NCBI GenBank assembly: GCA_964016885.1
Contig: OZ024740.1
Span: forward strand, 267,158,001-267,222,000
Direction: 5' to 3'
Origin: Eledone cirrhosa
Taxonomy: Eukaryota
Length of the DNA stretch: 64,000 nt
Below the pieces are notes generated by a model. The model was not told where the DNA came from, did not search any database, and saw nothing but the letters and a program-made list of their open reading frames with translations. Both the position numbers and the translations under genes were made by a program. Positions 1-13,448 of the stretch are shown one piece after another; within the stretch, counting starts at the first letter, position 1; each line of letters starts with the position of its first letter.

Positions 1-7
1 TGTAGAT

Positions 8-319
8 CAGGGGCGTGCAATAGGCGGCCCGCTAGTCACGATCCGGCCCGCCAGACCAGTCAGAGTGGCCCGCGATAACCGTTTAGTAATTTTACCTTGT
101 AGGGTTATTTAGAATTTTTTTCGCAACCATAATACAATTTTCTGTTGGTTGACCTATACTAAAGGGCTTCACTGATAGGGTTATGTGTGTTATACTTTCC
201 CTGTTATGGAAAGGAGTTGTGGTGAGGTTTTGGAATAGTACTTAATAAATATTAATGGCCCTAATAGTTGTACCAATGTTCAAAAGTGGCCCGCCAATGG
301 AATATGTTGCACACCCCTG
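8..319. mobile_element. hAT (Charlie-like) MITE
   Basis: TIRs CAGGGGCGTGCAA / TTGCACACCCCTG with subterminal GGCCCGC motifs; flanked by (g)tgtagat at 1-7 and 320-327, consistent with an 8-bp TSD. Confidence 0.8.
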
Positions 320-540
320 GTGTAGATGCACAAGGTACAGTCAGTCAACAGATATAAAATATATTATTATTTTTGTTTTATAATGTCCACGATAGCGGTC
401 TTATGTATCATAACGCTGTTTACTTCTTTTCAGTTTGCATCTAATACCTTTCGTAAAGTAAACGGAAAAACAACTCAGCAAACGGTACAGTACAATAAAA
501 AATATATTAATTTGACTCTTGGTGTTGTAGAAAAAGAGTT

Positions 541-573
541 TTAACGTTTCGGACGTTAGTCCTTTATCGGAAG
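541..573 (-). ncRNA. Degenerate minimal hammerhead ribozyme remnant
   Basis: Minus strand reads CCGATAA-a-GGAC taac GTCC-GAAAC-GTTA; stem II and GAAAC intact, CUGANGA box mutated. Confidence 0.4.
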
Positions 574-688
574 ATAGAATGAGAAATAAAAGTAGAAATA
601 TGGAGAATAGTAAGAACAGGAAGCAATGGAAGATAAATGTTGAGAGTAAAAGCACGTGTATGTTCAGTCAGTCATTTTCGGAAAAAAC

Positions 689-768
<80 letters not shown>

Positions 769-930
769 GTATAATTGTTTTTCCGAAAATGAGAGATATA
801 GAGAAGGAGAGTTACTGCAGAGGATGTTATAAATACCAGTCTAGTGAAAATATTTAAATATTAACTGAATGAATACTTAATACACTTGAGCAGAGTCTAA
901 AATATATTTTCCGTAGAGAAATTTGGCTGT

Positions 931-969
<39 letters not shown>

Positions 970-1164
970 AGTATAATAATTGTTTCTACTTTTGGCACAA
1001 GGCCACCAATTACCTAGTGCATTACTGGTACTTTATTTTATCGACCCCGTAAGTATAATAATAACTGAAGCTTCGAAGTCAAGGCCCTATATATATATCT
1101 GTATGAATGTTTGTGTATGTGTATATATATATTGTATACACACGCACACACACACATGCGCGCG

Positions 1165-1245
<81 letters not shown>

Positions 1246-1480
1246 TATATTGAAAATTAACAAATTTAAATAAGTAAGTAATGGAAAAAATAAGCACACG
1301 AACAGCCCTTATCAGCAGCTATAATTTATAACTAATTCCAATATCAGACAAGTTAGCTCTCCAATATAGAATGTCATTTTAAATTAAACCTTTCATCATT
1401 CGTCGATATTACATCAGGTTGGTCAAAGAAGAAGGCTTCCATCTCATCCTCTTGATGAATATATCGGTTTTGTTGATTAA

Positions 1481-1701
1481 CCCTTTAGCATTTAAACCGG
1501 CCATATCCGGCCAGAATTCTGTCACCTCTTTCTGTTCAAACCGGCTATAACCGACCACTCATACTGATGTTAAGGTATTGTTCTAAAAATAAATAATATC
1601 AAAAGTTCATAGATTCAGTATTATGTGAGATGATTATGTGAGATAAAGCCGTTACTGTGAAAATATAATAGTAAATATTGAGTAATGTAAAGGCTAAAGG
1701 G
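1481..1701. mobile_element. piggyBac-type MITE
   Basis: TTAA|CCCTTTAGC ... GCTAAAGGG|TTAA termini with TTAA TSD. Confidence 0.8.
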
Positions 1702-1924
1702 TTAAAGTTTTTAGGTCAGTCTTTTTGGTGGAATGAGGATATTCGTCATGGAAGTGACGATGTACAGTTTGGTTATCATGGTTCCACCTCGATGGTTGTA
1801 AAGGGCCCGGTTGGGTGTTGGATAATATCTGGGTTTCCGAATTATGTCGGGGATGGGGTTACCACAGTTAAACAAGGTACTCAATACGTTGGTGGAGTCT
1901 AGGCAACTTTATTATATATAGAAA

Positions 1925-1978
1925 TGACTTCTACGAGACTTGAACTGTTTCATTCGTATGAAATCATCAGGAATGTCA
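1925..1978 (-). ncRNA. Hammerhead ribozyme (family A) in a Penelope-like pLTR remnant spanning about 1730-2300; stem III damaged
   Basis: Minus: tgacattc CTGATGA tttcatacgaat GAAAC AG ttcaagt CTc GTA gaagtca; the flank gtattgagtacctt...actgtgg recurs near 13570 and 20245. Confidence 0.6.
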
Positions 1979-2409
1979 GATAAAGTTGGTCAGTTCTTGT
2001 ATTTATAAGTGTCCCAGTTGGTAGTTGAGGGTGGTGGTGGTGGTGTGGTGGCTCTATCTAATGATATAGTGGTGGTGGATGAGAAGACGGAAAGGAGTTA
2101 AGTGTCCCAGTTGGTAGTTGAGGGTAGTGGTGTGGTGGTGTGGTGGCTCTATCTAATGATATAGTGGTGGTGGATGGGAAGACGGAAATGAGAAAAGTCC
2201 CCTGATTAATGAGGAATGGGAGAGGAGGGAGGAAGATGAAGATGAAGGAGAAGCAGTGGTTTATAAGAGGGGAGGGATTAAGGCAGGGTTTATTTGTGTA
2301 GGCTGAGGGACGATGGGGGTACTTCTAAAGAGAATCTTTTTTATATGCGTGACTAGCTTTGGTTCAGTAAAGAAGTAAACAAGTGAGTAAATAAATATAA
2401 TTATTTGTG

Positions 2410-2596
2410 CGGTGGATTGGCAGTATCGGTAGAGGGTCGGACGCCATGCTTTGCAGCATAGAGTTACGCCCCTTTACGGTCTGAGTTCAAATCCCACCGA
2501 GGTTAACTTTGCCTTTCATCCTTACGTGGTCGATAAAATAAAGTACCAGTAATACACTGGTTAATTGCTGGCCTTGTGCCAAAAAGTAGAAACAAT
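2410..2596 (+). mobile_element. tRNA-derived SINE (octopus OK-type, Nin/Deu-like core)
   Basis: A-box-like TGGCAGTATCGG, B-box GAGTTCAAATCC, core GCCTTTCATCCTTACG..TCGATAAAATAAAGTACC; 14-bp TSD aattatttgtgcgg. Roughly 25 further full or partial copies across the window. Confidence 0.8.
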
Positions 2597-2623
2597 TATT
2601 TGTGCGGCATTTTCTTTTTTACA

Positions 2624-2734
2624 TTGGCTGCTCGCTGGTGTAAACCCCGCGAGGTGGAGTGGCGGTTCCATCGCGTCTCCCTCGCCGTCCTCCGGGGCAA
2701 TGCTTTCTCCATTCTGTCGGCCGGGACCCAGTAA
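2624..2734 (+). mobile_element. 3' tip of a CRE-type (RLE) non-LTR retrotransposon ORF
   Basis: Frame not in the ORF track reads LAARWCKPREVEWRFHRVSLAVLRGNAFSILSAGTQ*, matching the W..QR.S....RGNA.S.L C-terminus of the 27847-28191 ORF. Confidence 0.6.
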
Positions 2735-2812
2735 ATTAGTTGGAGGGGGAGGATAATAGTTCGGACGTCACTGATTTACATATACTTCATATGCTTGTAG
2801 AAAGGTATATAC

Positions 2813-2981
2813 CAGGCATGTTAAACTGAGGGTGTTCAGAGGGCCACGTGGGTCACATATGTGTTGTCTGAGGGCCACACATAACAACTAACATTTGTTA
2901 TTTTATTTTAAGCTCGCGCTGTAAAAACCTTTGTGCGGACCGCAGGTGTGCTTGTAAAAGGCCGCATGTTTGACATGCCTG
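2813..2981. mobile_element. hAT MITE
   Basis: TIRs CAGGCATGTTAAAC / GTTTGACATGCCTG; 8-bp TSD gtatatac / ggatatac. Confidence 0.75.
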
Positions 2982-4021
2982 GGATATACGTTTCTGTCTG
3001 CATGTCAACCAGATTCGAACTTTTCTGTATGTTTTGGTTTATGTGAATTTTGATATAACTTTTTTTTTTAAGTGGTAAACATGTTTTGCAACGAGTATTG
3101 ATTATTACAATAAGTACAACCAAATCGATATATAATTGAAAAAAAAAAAAAACTTTGCAAAATGTCTTTCCTATTGATACTTTGTTGTAATATGTACGAC
3201 TCTACACATTTAATTGCAATTAAGAATTGGTCAATTGGTCAAACATATGGAAAACGGAAGCAGCAAGAATTACAAATGCCATAAATGAGTGTAAAAGGAG
3301 GGAAAGAGCAAGGACTATTAGACAAAGGAAGAAAGAAAAGGGGGGAATGAGAGAGGGTGACAGACTCTACACCGAAGTCAGAGCGGTGTTTCAGCTGCGC
3401 CCTGCTGACAAAACGGCAAAGGCATTTCAACAGACAATGGTCAGAGACAACTTATACGTACATTAATTTCTTTTTCGTAGGAGTAGTAGTAACTGTAACC
3501 ATAACGATTAAGATGTTGATATAGTTGAAATTAATAAATAATTATATCAATATTCGTGAGTGAATAATAATTGTTTCTACATTTGACACAAGGCCAGCAA
3601 TTACCCAGTAGGTTACTGGTACTTTATTTTATCGACCCCGTAAGGATGAAAGGCAAAGTTAACCTCGGCGGGATTTGAACTCAGAATGGCAAGGGACGTA
3701 ACTCTCTCTATACGTCAAATCATGGCGTCCGACCCTCTACCGATACTGCCAATCCACCATAATAATAATATTATAATAGATAGTGAAAATATTGCCTCCG
3801 TTGTATTTTTGTCTACATAAATTAACCTAATATTTTGAGTTAGAGAAATAGAAAATAGAAATAGAAAAATGAGTGAGTCTTGATGTACCGGGACACGAAC
3901 CCACATCTCTGACTACCAAGGCCATTGTGTTACCATTACACCCATGTAATGGTAACACAATGGCTCATTCATTTTCCCATTTCTGTGGGCTTTTATAACT
4001 CCAATTATTAGCCTAATTTAC

Positions 4022-4178
4022 TTACTCAAAAATACAACGGAGGCACTATTTTCACTCAAAAATACAACGGAGGCACTATTTTCACTCAAAAATACAACGG
4101 AGGCACTATTTTCACTCAGAAATATAACGGAGGCACTATTTTCACTTAAAAATACAACGGAGGCACAATTTTCACTAT
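4022..4178. repeat. 30-bp minisatellite, about 5 copies
   Basis: Unit cactcaaaaatacaacggaggcactatttt, directly tandem with no spacers. Confidence 0.9.
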
Positions 4179-4235
4179 CTAATTTCAAATTTCCCGCTGT
4201 TTGTAAACAAAAGCTGAAAAAGCTTTGTATCTTAT

Positions 4236-4960
4236 TATAATTGTTTCTACTTTTTGGCGCAAGGCCAGCAATTACCCAGTACATTACTGGTACTTTATTT
4301 TATCGACCCCGTAAGGATGAAAGGCAAAGTTAACCTCGGCGGGATTTGAACTCAGATCGTTAAGGGACGTAACTATGCTGAATAGTATTATAACATTATT
4401 AATATTCGGTTTGTTTACAAGTAATAATTGTTTACAAGTAATAATATCATAATATTATTAGATCCCGCCGAGGTTAACTTTGCCTTTCATACTTACGGGG
4501 TCGATAAAATAAAGTACCAGTAATGTACTGGGTAATTGCTGGCCTTGTGCCTAAAATAGAAACTATTATTAGGTGGATTGGCAGTATCGGTAGAGAGTCG
4601 GACGCCATACTGTGCAGCAAAGAGTTACGGCCCTTTATGGTCTGAGTTCAAATGCCGCTGAGGTTAACTTTGCCTTTCATCCTTACGGGGTCGATAAAAT
4701 AAAGTACCAGTAATACACTGGAATAATTGCTGGCCTTGTGCCAAAAGTAGAAACAATTATTATTGATTCGATTGGCAGTATCAGTAGAGGGTCTGACGTC
4801 ATGCTTTGCAGCATAGAGTTACGCCCCTTTAAGATCTGAGTTCAAATCCCGCCGAGGTTAACTTTACCTTTCATCCTTACAGGGTCGATAAAATAAAGTA
4901 CTAGTAATACACTGGGATAATTGCTGGCCTTGTACAAAAAGTAGAAACAATTATTATTAA
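4236..4960. mobile_element. Cluster of four OK-type SINEs (one minus, three tandem plus)
   Basis: Repeated SINE core and tail separated by short (ATT)n. Confidence 0.85.
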
Positions 4961-5846
4961 TTCACGAATATATTTAGGTTTCCACCACGTTAAGAGTGAG
5001 AACAAATTTTGTTTTTAATTTTGTTATATTAATAATTATATTGATAAAAATGATGAAAATCATGTAAATGGCAGTTTCAGTATACTATGTGCACTAAAAT
5101 TACATGCTGTATGTCTAAGGAAGTTTGTATGTGTCAATATGTTGCTGCGGGGAGTGAGAAAAGGTGGAAGTGAAAAAAAAAAGAGAGGCTCATCAGCTTC
5201 TGTATTTGGCACATAAACAATGCAAAGTATTTACTGCAGTACTCTTAATTTAACTACTGCAGTGATGAAACTCTATATGGTGAGGGGGAGAATAGCATTG
5301 GTCAACGTTAAGTGTTAGTTGGTGACTAGGGTAGCACTGGTCAATGTTGAGTGTTATTTGCTGACGAGGGTAATACTGGTTAGTGTTGAGAATTGGCAAG
5401 GGAAGTAGCCCATGTCAGCGTTCAGCATCAATTGTTGTGAGGATTAGTATTTGTCAGCATTCAGCATCGATTGTTGTGAGAAGCAGTATGTGTCACAGAG
5501 AGTGACGTGTCAGCCTTTCACAAATCAGATGAATTGAGACATAGAAAACATTTCTATGTAGCAGCGCGACATGCTAAAATTGGCAGCCAAACCTGCATCA
5601 AACCAAACGCTACTATCTTCAAAAAGATAATATTTTAATTATTTAAACATTATTTTTAATTATTTAAAAATTATTTTTTAAGTAAACGTGACCCAGCGGG
5701 TCACGGGTGGTCTACTATATACTTTGACGCTAAACTCCGCCAGATACAGACTGCGCATCAACATGAAATATTTTTCTGCACAAAGATCGATTACCAGCAG
5801 CAGAGTTTAAAGAGCAAAAATCAAGTCCAGTCCATAAGTTGACATC

Positions 5847-5914
<68 letters not shown>

Positions 5915-5935
5915 TCATATATATATATATAGACA

Positions 5936-5974
<39 letters not shown>

Positions 5975-5987
5975 TCATATATATATA

Positions 5988-6059
5988 CAGGGTCTCCCAA
6001 AAATGTATACACACTTCAACAGCATTCAATCAGTATGTATACATTTTGGGGGACACCCC

Positions 6060-6060
<1 letters not shown>
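5988..6060. mobile_element. Very small (73 bp) Tc1/mariner-type MITE
   Basis: TA|CAGGGTCTCCCAAAAATGTATACA ... TGTATACATTTTGGGGGACACCCCG|TA, inserted in (TA)n. Confidence 0.65.
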
Positions 6061-6113
<53 letters not shown>

Positions 6114-6195
6114 ATGTGTGTAGATAGATAAATACATATAGATACATAGACACACACACATATATAAATATATAAACACACACACACATATAAAT

Positions 6196-6495
6196 GGAGT
6201 CACTCGGTCGGCTACGACGACGAGTCTTCCAGTTGGTACTATCAAAGTAACAGCCTACTCGTGAAATTAACGAGCAAGTGGCTGAGCATTCCACAGACAC
6301 TCGTACCCTTTACGTACATCTCAGGGAGATTAAGTGTAACACAGTGTTTGACAAGGCTGGTCCTTCGAATTACAGGTACAACTCATTTTTGTTAGCTGAG
6401 TGGACTGGAGCAACGTGAAATACAGTGTCTTGCTGAAGGACACAACACACCGCCGAGGATCGAACTCACGATTGTGAGCCAAATACTCTAGCCCC
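6196..6495 (-). mobile_element. CORE-like tRNA SINE (octopus OR-type)
   Basis: Minus strand has GAGTTCGATCC B box then GTGTCCTTCAGCAAGACAC..TTTCACGTTGCTCCAGT; related copies at 26910-27250 (+), 30600-30895 (-), 33965-34080 (+), 35105-35290 (-), 36900-37220 (-). Confidence 0.75.
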
Positions 6496-6604
6496 GCATT
6501 TTCACACACATAAATACATATAAACACACACACACGCACACACACACACACACATATGTATATATATATATATATATACAAAAACACACACATATATACA
6601 TACA

Positions 6605-6745
<141 letters not shown>

Positions 6746-6914
6746 AGTATATTTACCAACATATGCGTACAGATGTACACTAATGCTAGCAAATACATAA
6801 GTTATGTCATAGTACCTAGGTGGTTCTATGCAGGGGGATGCAGAACAATTATATGAAAGACGTAAAATAAGAAAATTTAAAAAATTAAAAATTAACTTAC
6901 TTACGAAAATTTTC

Positions 6915-6996
6915 ACTCCAACTAATTAGTTTCTGTAATGGGATAAAGATAGTTACGCAATGTAACCATCGAGAATTCATTACGTCATCAGGGAGT
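6915..6996 (-). ncRNA. Type I hammerhead ribozyme with complete core, inside about 65-bp inverted repeats (6850-6917 / 7024-7090)
   Basis: Minus: actcc CTGATGA cgtaatg..gatggttac attgc gtaactatc..cattaca GAAAC TAATTA GTT ggagt; 5-bp stem I, extended stem II, palindromic stem III ACTAATTAGT, GUU cleavage triplet. Confidence 0.75.
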
Positions 6997-7083
6997 CTAT
7001 TCTCAGCTAAGTCCAGCTAAGTCCAGTGAAAATTTTAGTAAGTAAGTTAATTTTTAATTTTTACAATTTTCCTATTTTACGTC

Positions 7084-7195
<112 letters not shown>

Positions 7196-7773
7196 CTTTC
7201 TACTTTAGGCACAAAGCCAGCAATTAACCAGTGCATTACTGGTACTTTATTTTATCGATCCCGTAAGGATGAAAGGCAAAGTATATATATAATAACTAGC
7301 TATGTGTGCTTACACACTTGTAAAAATTATCTCCTGTGATTATTCATGTTTATTTATATGTTAATCAATTTCTAGTTATTATAAAATCCTCGGACCTATT
7401 CGTTAGAATCTTAGAGCTTATTTTGCGGGTGATATGGCGCATGCCTTTCTGGCATGACACCCATAATTTTGATTTAGATTAAATTCATGATTTATCTTAA
7501 TTTTAGATTAAATTCATGATTTATCTTAATTTTGGATATATATATATATATATATATATAACAAACACATATAAACACACACTAGTAAAGATAGAATACA
7601 TTAACCAATACACAGTCACCCAATCACGAACACACATCAAACAAAACACTATACACACACGCAAACGCATGCGCAAAGAAGACAAAATAAAATAAACAAA
7701 TAAATAAATATATAAACAGACTAAATAAAGATGGCGTAGAAAATACAATGCAGCGGGAGGAAACATAATTGCA

Positions 7774-7813
7774 CCACTGACGATGTTGCAGATGTGCAAC
7801 GAAAGAATTTTGA
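7774..7813 (+). ncRNA. Degenerate hammerhead motif
   Basis: CTGACGA t gttgca gatg tgcaac GAAA gaatt tt; good stem II, poor stems I and III. Confidence 0.35.
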
Positions 7814-8015
7814 TAAACTATATATATGTGTTTGTGTCTATATTATATCTGTATTATTTTTGACCGTTGGTCAGTCAATGGCAACATTGAGGACCGAATA
7901 AATTAGATTACCGATATAAAAGACACAGAAGCGAAAAACGAAAACCAACCAAACAGTGAGTGTGTTCTGTTATTAATTCTGGCAATATTACACAAATATG
8001 ACTCTCCCCAAGTAT

Positions 8016-8091
<76 letters not shown>

Positions 8092-8269
8092 ACACACAAA
8101 ACATATATATATATATATAAACACACAGACACACATATATATAAAAACATACAAACACGCACACATATATATATATATATAAACACACATATACATACAC
8201 ACACACATATATACATATAAACACACACACTCATATACACGGCCACTTTGCTGTGAAACCCAATATTAA

Positions 8270-9320
8270 AAAATGTTCTTCCCTCCAGCAATTATTTTGT
8301 CACTCTCTCACAAAATATTACCCCTCTCTCACTAAAACTTATACCTTTTTCACCCTCTCTATATACCGCTACATGCCCCACTCTCTCTCACTGGATCAAT
8401 ATTCCCCCTCTCTCACTAAACCACAAAACTTTCTTCCTCTCTCTATATCCCACTACATACCTCACTTTCTATCACTCTCACAATTTCCACTCTCTCACTA
8501 AACCACAAAAAATTCTCTCCCTCTCTATATATCACTACATACCTTACCCTCTATCATTCTCACAATTCACCGTCCCTCACTAAACCACTAAACTCTGTGT
8601 CACCCTATATATCCACATATATACCTCACTCTCTCAAAATTCCCCATCTGAGACTAGATCACCAAATTTTCTCCCCTCTCTATATATCATTACATACTTT
8701 ACTCTCTATCACTCTCGTAATTTCCCCTCTCTCACTAGCCCACCAAACTTTCTCCCCTTCACTATATCCCAGTATACGCTTCACTCTCTATCGCTTTCAC
8801 AATTACCCCTCTCTCACTATACCACCAAACTCTCTGATCCTCCCTATATCCCACTACATACCTCACTCTCTCTCTCTCAAAATTCCCCCTCTCTTACAAG
8901 ACCACCAAATTATCTTATCTTCTCTATATTCTATTACTAACTCTTCCACGCACTTAATTCTCCCGTCTATCTCTCTAAACCAACAAATTCTCTCCCCCTC
9001 TCTATATCACACTACATACCTCACTCTCTCTCTCTCACAATTGCTCCTCTCTCACTAAACTACCAAATTCTCTCCCTCTCCCCCTCTCTATATCTCACTA
9101 CATACCCCACTCTCTCTAACAATTCCCCCTCTCTCACTAAACCAACAAACTCTCTCCCGCCAATCTATACCACTACATATATCACTCTCTCAAAATTCCC
9201 CCTCTCTCACTAGACCACCAATCAAGCTCCCCCTCTCTATATCCTACTACATACCTCACTCTCTCTCATAATTCCCCTTCTCTCACAAGACTACCTAATT
9301 CTCTCCACTCTCTCTATTTT
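8270..9320. repeat. Diverged C/T-rich tandem satellite (unit about 75-80 bp)
   Basis: Recurring cactacatacctcactctct...caattccccctctctcactaaaccaccaaa; G is nearly absent on the + strand. Confidence 0.85.
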
Positions 9321-11808
9321 AGATTAGATTTTTCTGAAAAACACTTCAACCTGTGATGAATTTGTTTCTGTGGTTCTTCGAACTTTGCCTTTCATCCTTA
9401 TGGGGTCGATAAAATAAAGCACTAGTAATGCACAGGGGTAATTGCTGGCCTTGTGCCAAAAGTATAAACAATTATCATTAGTAGTTATAGCAATAGTCGT
9501 AGTCTAGAGAATTCTTTGCCGTTGATGATCTGTTTAATTTGTTGCAGGAGAATCAGTTGCAGAATTAGTTGGGGGGAAATTAGTTGCAGATGGCCGACCT
9601 TCTGGGCAAGAAGTGCTGGGCATAAGGAATTAGACATAACAGAGGTGGTGAAATGAGGAAAGACATGTCTGTTGGAAGTACCTAAGTGGATGGAGAATAC
9701 ATGGAGAGATTTGCGTGTGTATGCATATATGCGCACCATTGTGTGTACGTGTATGTAGTTGTATGGAGAAATCTTCTTGAGTCGTACCTTTTTCGAAGGT
9801 GAAGTGGCTCGCCACACCTGCATACACATCCGCAGGAAAGGCTATGGTCGATACAGCTTGGCACCAGTGACGTCGCAACTCATTTCTACCGCTGAGTAAA
9901 CTGATTGCAAGCCCAACGCTCTAACGCACTAAGCTATTTAAATTTTCTTCATTTTTAGCTTGTAAAACAGGAAATATTTAAGACAAATATCATTGGATTA
10001 AACCTCAGTATTAAATGAAAGTTTATAAAGCTGGAAACAAAAATTGTATTTCACCTGCCTAACAATACACTGTATAGAAGAAAGTAAGGTAATGTTAATC
10101 ATTTAATAAATTCCTGTTACAAAAATATATAGAAAATCACTCTTTGATAAATTTTTCTTGTCAAGAAATGTTCGTAGGGTGACTATGATGGATGCTACTC
10201 TGTGAAAAGTTGCTTGCATTAATTTTAGTTTTTCTTATTAATAACTGCATTGTTTCTATCCAATGACTGTTGAAAAATAAACCCCATTTGATCATTCCAT
10301 GAGAGTATCTTGGGCAGCTTATGAAAATTTCAGCCAACTCTCGTATGTTCTTTAGTTTGTTTTTAAGCTAACACCGTATAAGTCATGCTGGAGCAGCACC
10401 TTCAGTATATATTATATTTAAATAGCAAATCGACCCCAGTGCGTTTTTTTAATACTGGTGCTTTTATCGACCCTCTGAGGATGAAAGGCAAAGTTAATAT
10501 CAGCGGGATTTGAACTCAGAACGTAAAAGGACATAACTATATGCCGTAAGGCATGTTGTCCGACGCTCTACCACTAGTGCTCATCCATTGCCCTTTATAG
10601 CATATCGCAATGTATTGTGGTAGATGAAATAATATATTATCGACGTGGTTATTCTTTTAAACTTTAATTGTATACGTGATCTGCAGCTTTGAATAATGGT
10701 GGACAGGAATTTGATCGAAGTTACGTAGTAATAATACATATTTTAAATGGATCAATTCGGTGCAGCACAAGAGATTGCTACAAAGCTACGGCTAGTGTAG
10801 TGAAAACAGATAAAACTGAAAGCATTTATAGTGTAATGTTCAAAGGATATAATTCGAGTTCATAGATAAAATAAAGGCATCCTTCCTCGAACTCTATCCA
10901 TAAAATTCATGTGAGATGATTTGGTGTAGATAGATTTATACAGGGTACTAATGTTCTTGATCTTTGAAGGGAAATAGCAGGCGTGGAATATAAAAAGGGA
11001 TTGCATTGAAGTGTTCCAGTAATTGCTAGCCTGAGACGATATTTCCTGAGTTTCTAAACGAATATGCGAATTTTGTGTGTGTGTGGGGGGAGGGGGGTAG
11101 TAGTTGAAAGAACTGTTCTAAGATGATGATAATAAATAATGATGATAAATGAGGATGAAGATGATGATGATAATAATTGTTACTACTTTTGGCACAAGGG
11201 CAGCAATTTAAAGGGAAGAGGAACATAGAGAAAATCGAACCCAGTGCATTATAGGTAATTTATTTTATCGACCATCATAAATAGGAAAGGTAAAGAAAAC
11301 CCCAGAACATAAACTATATGCCGCAAATGCTTGATGAAGTGGCAGGACAATATAGTGGGAATAATATATATATATATTAGATTAAAGGTGCCATGTCTGA
11401 GAATATCAGAAGTATGGGCCATATTACCTGTGGAAGAATAAGCTCAAAGAGATAGTTAAATCTTTTCCTTTGCTGATGATCTAAGATTTGACATCTGTGA
11501 TTCACCAATTAATGGTGAAATATATTTCTTGAATGAAATATATACAAAGGAGATTAATCATTGCAAGGTATCTATATTTAAGGTTCTTGTTAATTTTTTA
11601 TGTTACTTTCATAACTATGTGTGTTTACACTTTACAAATTATCCCCTATAAGTGTTTGATATGTTTCTTTTATATATATATGTGTCATTCGACTTTTAAT
11701 TTAATCTTATATATATATATTACAACGAAGCAGTTAAAGGAATAAATATCAACGGGAATAAGACCAATGATAGGATTGTTACCTTAATATATATATATGT
11801 GTGTGTGT

Positions 11809-11847
<39 letters not shown>

Positions 11848-12145
11848 TGTGTGTGTGTGTGTGTTGTTGTTGTTTGTATAAATAATTGTTTCTACTATTG
11901 GCACAAGGCCAGCAATTACCCAGTGTATTACTGGTACTTTATTTTATCGACCACGTAAGGATGAAAAGCAGAGTTAACCTCGGCGGGATTTGAACTCAGA
12001 CCGTAAAGGGCCGTAACTCTTTGCTGCAAAGCATGGCGTCCGACCCTCTACCGATACTCTCGTATTACAATTATAAAAACAAATACATTTTGCAGAGATA
12101 TAAGAGAACTAAAGAGAAAAAGAAAACGAATTTTGTTTTAGAGTA

Positions 12146-12193
<48 letters not shown>

Positions 12194-12347
12194 ATACACA
12201 CACACACACATATACTACACACACACGTGAGTTAAACTGGAAGTACAATATATTGCATGATGTTTACAATGCAAAATGTTTCATGCACACTAAACTGCAT
12301 TTAACCTTGCAATTCATCATTGACACCGTCGATTCTATTAGGACTTT

Positions 12348-12386
<39 letters not shown>

Positions 12387-12659
12387 GATATAGATATATA
12401 TATACCTTTCACTTTGAATTTAATACTTGTATGTATAACTTTTCAATCTCGATTACTTGCGCCAAGCTAACTTTGATAGGTAGGGTGTTAGCTTTGTATT
12501 TTAGCTTGTTGGTATATGAGGGCGCCCCAATGTCTAAATCTAACCCTGTATATATATATATATATATATAGACATACATACATATATATATATGTATGTC
12601 TCTATATATATTTATGTGTGTGCATATATATATGTGTGTATGTATATATATATGTATAT

Positions 12660-12745
<86 letters not shown>

Positions 12746-12789
12746 AAGTTAAATAAAAGTCAAATGATTAAAATTTAACTTCGTTTATT

Positions 12790-12844
12790 ACTGCTATATA
12801 TATTTCAGTGACAGCCATCTTTGGCTGTGACCTCTTCAGGCAGT
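12790..12844 (-). ncRNA. Type I hammerhead ribozyme (family B) with complete core
   Basis: Minus: actgc CTGAAGA ggtcacagcca aaga tggctgtcact GAAA TATATA TA gcagt; 5-bp stem I, about 10-bp stem II, palindromic stem/loop III, AUA triplet. Confidence 0.75.
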
Positions 12845-13015
12845 TTGAATTAGTATGGTATAGACAAGTACATATGTTGTTTAGGTGTATGATATTGTCA
12901 ATACTCTGATATGCCCAGTTCCTTGTTGGGTTGTTAATTCACTGGGGAACTGGAGTCATATAAGAGAACTAAAGAGAAAAAGAAAACGAATTTTGGTATA
13001 CAACCAACATAAACT

Positions 13016-13065
<50 letters not shown>

Positions 13066-13396
13066 TAAGAAGTGCGCTAGCAGCCGAAATGTACGATAAA
13101 GTTATATCTGTATATATACTGAGTCGGTGAACGTGACTGCACCAATATGTATATAAATAAACACATATTTAGCATATAGGCATGTAAACATGCCAAAAAT
13201 ACGAATTTTCCGGTAAATTGAAAAGATAATAAATAGACATAATTGGACTCTCAACAGAAGGCCTGTACATCGTCCAAACAACCACAAGGAAACATGTATT
13301 TGATGAGCTTATATACCCATTCTCTCTTAGTATTATTATCCTGAAATGGACGTACTAATTTGCACATATGTATGTATATATATAAAATATAGAAAT

Positions 13397-13448
13397 GGCT
13401 TCTACAGGACTAAAACTGTTTCATTCGGGAGAAATCATCAGGAAAGCC
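13397..13448 (-). ncRNA. Type I hammerhead ribozyme (family A) with complete core
   Basis: Minus: ggctttc CTGATGA tttc tccc gaat GAAAC AG ttttagtc CT GTA gaagcc. Confidence 0.75.

Noticed and set aside
2410-2500. tRNA gene candidates (A/B boxes, GTTCAAATCC or GTTCGATTC), also at 26910 and 35500
   Set aside because: No full cloverleaf; each continues into SINE core and tail, so they are SINE heads
4018-4284. ORF with SENSASVVFL repeats, or a CRISPR-like look
   Set aside because: A 30-bp head-to-tail minisatellite with no spacers, joined to a SINE; eukaryotic context and no cas genes
8597-9058. 153-aa S/L/P/H-rich ORF
   Set aside because: By-product of the G-poor satellite
11460-11510. CTGATGA followed by tctaagatttgacat, a possible hammerhead
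   Set aside because: No GAAA box and no convincing stems; a similarly weak case at 3380-3440 (minus, CTGTTGA) was also not called
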